This document shows, piece by piece, positions 62,901 through 64,000 of a stretch of 64,000 nucleotides of DNA. The notes beneath the pieces are model-generated. The model was not told where the DNA came from, made no database searches, and was given only the letters and a program-made list of their open reading frames with translations. The stretch is from Alcanivoracaceae bacterium. Its GTDB lineage: Bacteria > Pseudomonadota > Gammaproteobacteria > Pseudomonadales > Alcanivoracaceae. The stretch lies in NCBI GenBank assembly GCA_040235405.1, contig JBECKT010000051.1, forward strand, positions 6,879 to 70,878, read 5' to 3'. The stretch's first letter is position 1. Each line of letters starts with the position of its first letter. The translations under genes and the position numbers were made by a program.

Positions 62901-63145
62901 GACCGGGCTCAGCGTCCGGAGTGATGTTTGTCACCCTCGAAGATGAAACCGGCAACAGCAATGTGGTGGTCTGGCAGAACGTGCAGAAGCAGTATCGACG
63001 CGAACTGCTCGGCAGTTCACTGGTGCTGGTAACCGGCACGGTGGAACGCAGCCCGGAAGGCATCGTCCATCTGATGGCAGGCAGGATTGAAGATCAGCAA
63101 ACCGCATTACAGCAACTGACCGTGCAATCCCGCGATTTCCACTGA
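59942..63145 (+). CDS. dnaE2: Error-prone DNA polymerase DnaE2 (Pol III alpha paralogue)
   Basis: PHP domain start FAELHCRSAFSFLTGAS, VFQVESRAQMNMLPRLKP, IVRPGPIQGDMVHPYL and a C-terminal OB fold. It contains an in-frame REP-like element at 61605..61663. Confidence 0.93.
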   Translation: MKKSARGFAELHCRSAFSFLTGASQPEELVARAAALGYQALAITDECSLAGIVRAHQAAREHSLKLITGSQFRIEDNESDKPLNLILLVPQRQAYSELCALISRGRRRGEKGQYQLHWKDLTRLVQRCLCLWLPAFDRQQDLDQGTRLKAHFPDRLWIACELLQEEHDGARYQYLWQLASALDLPMLASNDVHMHVAERQPLQDVLTALRYRCTVQTLGRRRFLNDQRHLRPLAALSEIYPQALLAESLHIAGLCQFSLSELRYQYPREAIPAGISAADWLRQLVYQGAALRWPNGAPNGVHSLLEKELALISELRYEAYFLTVHDIVMFARNQHILCQGRGSAANSAVCYCLFITEVDPSRSQLLFERFISRERDEAPDIDVDFEHERREEVIQYIYRKYGRNHAALAATVIRYRMRSAVRDVGRALGMDMAILDQLSRNLAWWDKREELPQRFREAGLHDTSLTRHYLTLVNQLLGFPRHLSQHVGGFVITHEPLHTLVPVENAAMIDRTIIQWDKDDLESIGLMKVDVLALGMLTAIRKMLDLINQTHTSGAVGAVDRRREDFAADRPLLQGNQSSTPPLTLQNIPPEDPATYAMLQKGDSVGVFQVESRAQMNMLPRLKPERFYDLVIEVAIVRPGPIQGDMVHPYLRRRNNEEAVDYPDARIKGVLERTLGIPIFQEQVIQLVMVAAGFSGGEADQLRRAMASWGKDGTLFRFEDKVIQGMLKNGYSLDYANRIFEQMKGFGGYGFPESHAASFALLVYVSAWFKRHHSSAFYCGLLNSLPMGFYSPSQLLQDARRHGIEVRPPDSDHSHWDYTLENSERLALGVQPAIRIGLRQISGFNMEAADRIVAARQQQPFSNIQDLCSRANLNRNERECLVAANAVRRLSGHRHQGYWDMLGVEESRPLFGKEQHDIRDGIFLDAPSEMDTMLADYRALSLTTGRHPLALLRHQEPFRSACSAATLRKARHGQLVRVAGLITNRQRPGSASGVMFVTLEDETGNSNVVVWQNVQKQYRRELLGSSLVLVTGTVERSPEGIVHLMAGRIEDQQTALQQLTVQSRDFH
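61605..61663. repeat. REP-like composite palindromic element, copy B (inverted orientation, inside the dnaE2 ORF)
   Basis: CTGTAGGAGC-CGTCGATCGACGG-CGAGAAGATTTCGC-GGCCGATCGGCC-GCTCCTACAG. Its reverse complement aligns almost base for base with copy C. Confidence 0.8.
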
Positions 63146-63209
63146 CTTCGTAGGAGCGGCTGATCAGCCGCGAAATGTTTTCGCCGTCGATCGACGGCTC
63201 CTGCGAAGG
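63146..63209. repeat. REP-like composite palindromic element, copy C
   Basis: CTTCGTAGGAGC-GGCTGATCAGCC-GCGAAATGTTTTCGC-CGTCGATCGACGG-CTCCTGCGAAG. It lies between the convergent dnaE2 and helicase stops. Confidence 0.8.
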
Positions 63210-63215
63210 TATGAC

Positions 63216-64000
63216 TTAGCTGGCGGTACGGCTGCGGCGATTCTGGCTGTTGCCACCGGGGCGACGGTTGCCGCCATCAGAGGAAACCCGCACTGCCACA
63301 TCCCGGCGCTGGCCCTGTTGCTGACGCTGGCCATCACCACCCTGTCGTTGGCCGCTTGCACCCTGCCCGGAACGCTGACCACCCTGACGTTGCTGGCCAC
63401 GGCCACCGCCGCCAGGGCCATTGCGGCCATTCAGAATCGGCTCCGCCTTGATACGCGGATCCACTTCAAAGCCGGGCACAATTTCCTTAGGCAACGAACG
63501 CTTGATCAGTCGCTCGATACCGGTCAGCAGTTTCAGCTCGTCAACACAAACCAGTGACACCGCCTCGCCTTCACAGCCGGCACGACCGGTACGGCCAATA
63601 CGGTGAACATAATCTTCCGCCACATTCGGCAATTCGAAGTTGACCACATGCGGCAGTTCACTGATGTCGATACCACGGGCAGCGATATCGGTCGCCACCA
63701 GCACCTGCAACTTGCCGGATTTGAATTCGGACAACGCCTTGGTGCGGGCACCCTGGCTCTTGTTGCCATGAATCGCCATCGCCGGGATGCCCTGCTTGTC
63801 GAGCTGCTCGGCCAGACGGTTGGCGCCGTGCTTGGTGCGGGTAAATACCAGCACCTGATACCAGTTGTGATCGGTGATCAGCTTCGCCAGCAATTCACGC
63901 TTGCGCTCACGATCCACCGGATAGATTTTTTGCGCCACGGTATCGGCGGTGGCGTTGCGACGCGCCACTTCAATCAGCGCCGGCTTGTTCAGCAGACCAT
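63216..64000 (-). CDS. DEAD-box ATP-dependent RNA helicase (RhlE-like), C-terminal part; the gene continues beyond the window
   Basis: Helicase C-domain motifs [24 protein letters not shown] and [10 protein letters not shown]. The Arg/Gly/Gln-rich C-terminal tail is typical of RhlE-type proteins. The reading frame is open to position 64000 (..[15 protein letters not shown]..). Confidence 0.9.
   Translation of the reverse strand, partial: GLLNKPALIEVARRNATADTVAQKIYPVDRERKRELLAKLITDHNWYQVLVFTRTKHGANRLAEQLDKQGIPAMAIHGNKSQGARTKALSEFKSGKLQVLVATDIAARGIDISELPHVVNFELPNVAEDYVHRIGRTGRAGCEGEAVSLVCVDELKLLTGIERLIKRSLPKEIVPGFEVDPRIKAEPILNGRNGPGGGGRGQQRQGGQRSGQGASGQRQGGDGQRQQQGQRRDVAVRVSSDGGNRRPGGNSQNRRSRTAS

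Noticed and set aside
1-64000. Search for a CRISPR array, tRNA/rRNA genes, a prophage, an integrase/transposase, or toxin-antitoxin and classical defence genes.
   Set aside because: I found no spaced direct-repeat arrays, cloverleaf-compatible intergenic sequences, or recombinase/transposase-like ORFs. The only repeats are the three REP-like elements and the 3 x 10-bp array.

Overview
This is a 64 kb chromosomal window, about 58-60% GC, with gene content typical of a gammaproteobacterium of the Pseudomonadales/Oceanospirillales type. That assignment is inferred from gene content only. Most of the window is housekeeping: an HU-like nucleoid protein, a RegB/RegA-like two-component pair, tamA-tamB, proS, thpR, rimO, two ABC1/UbiB-family kinases, an RluA-family pseudouridine synthase, an M48 peptidase, nfuA, sulfite reductase plus DUF934, selO, a PAS histidine kinase with response regulator, a lytic transglycosylase, a PLD-family protein, hemH, a YdgA/DUF945 protein, ygiQ, a LexA-box-preceded imuA-imuB-dnaE2 cassette, and a partial DEAD-box helicase. 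I found no rRNA, tRNA, CRISPR array, transposase or integrase.

The outstanding region is a 13.6 kb minus-strand operon of seven tightly coupled genes (42486..56099). In order, it encodes:
- a cytoplasmic flavoprotein fused to two cNMP-binding domains and a four-cluster [4Fe-4S] ferredoxin;
- a 5-TM protein with two H-x13-H pairs, a candidate di-haem b;
- an FHA-TM-decahaem cytochrome c;
- a lipoprotein with tandem GlcG/HbpS-like domains;
- a probable outer-membrane beta-barrel;
- a 1248-aa decahaem cytochrome fused to LVIVD beta-propeller repeats;
- a further 4-5-haem cytochrome.

I interpret this as an uncharacterised trans-envelope electron conduit that is wired differently from the Mtr/Pcc systems. 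That interpretation is inference.

Second, a 55-61 bp composite palindromic REP-like element occurs three times. One copy supplies the stop codons of two convergent genes. Another copy sits in frame inside dnaE2.
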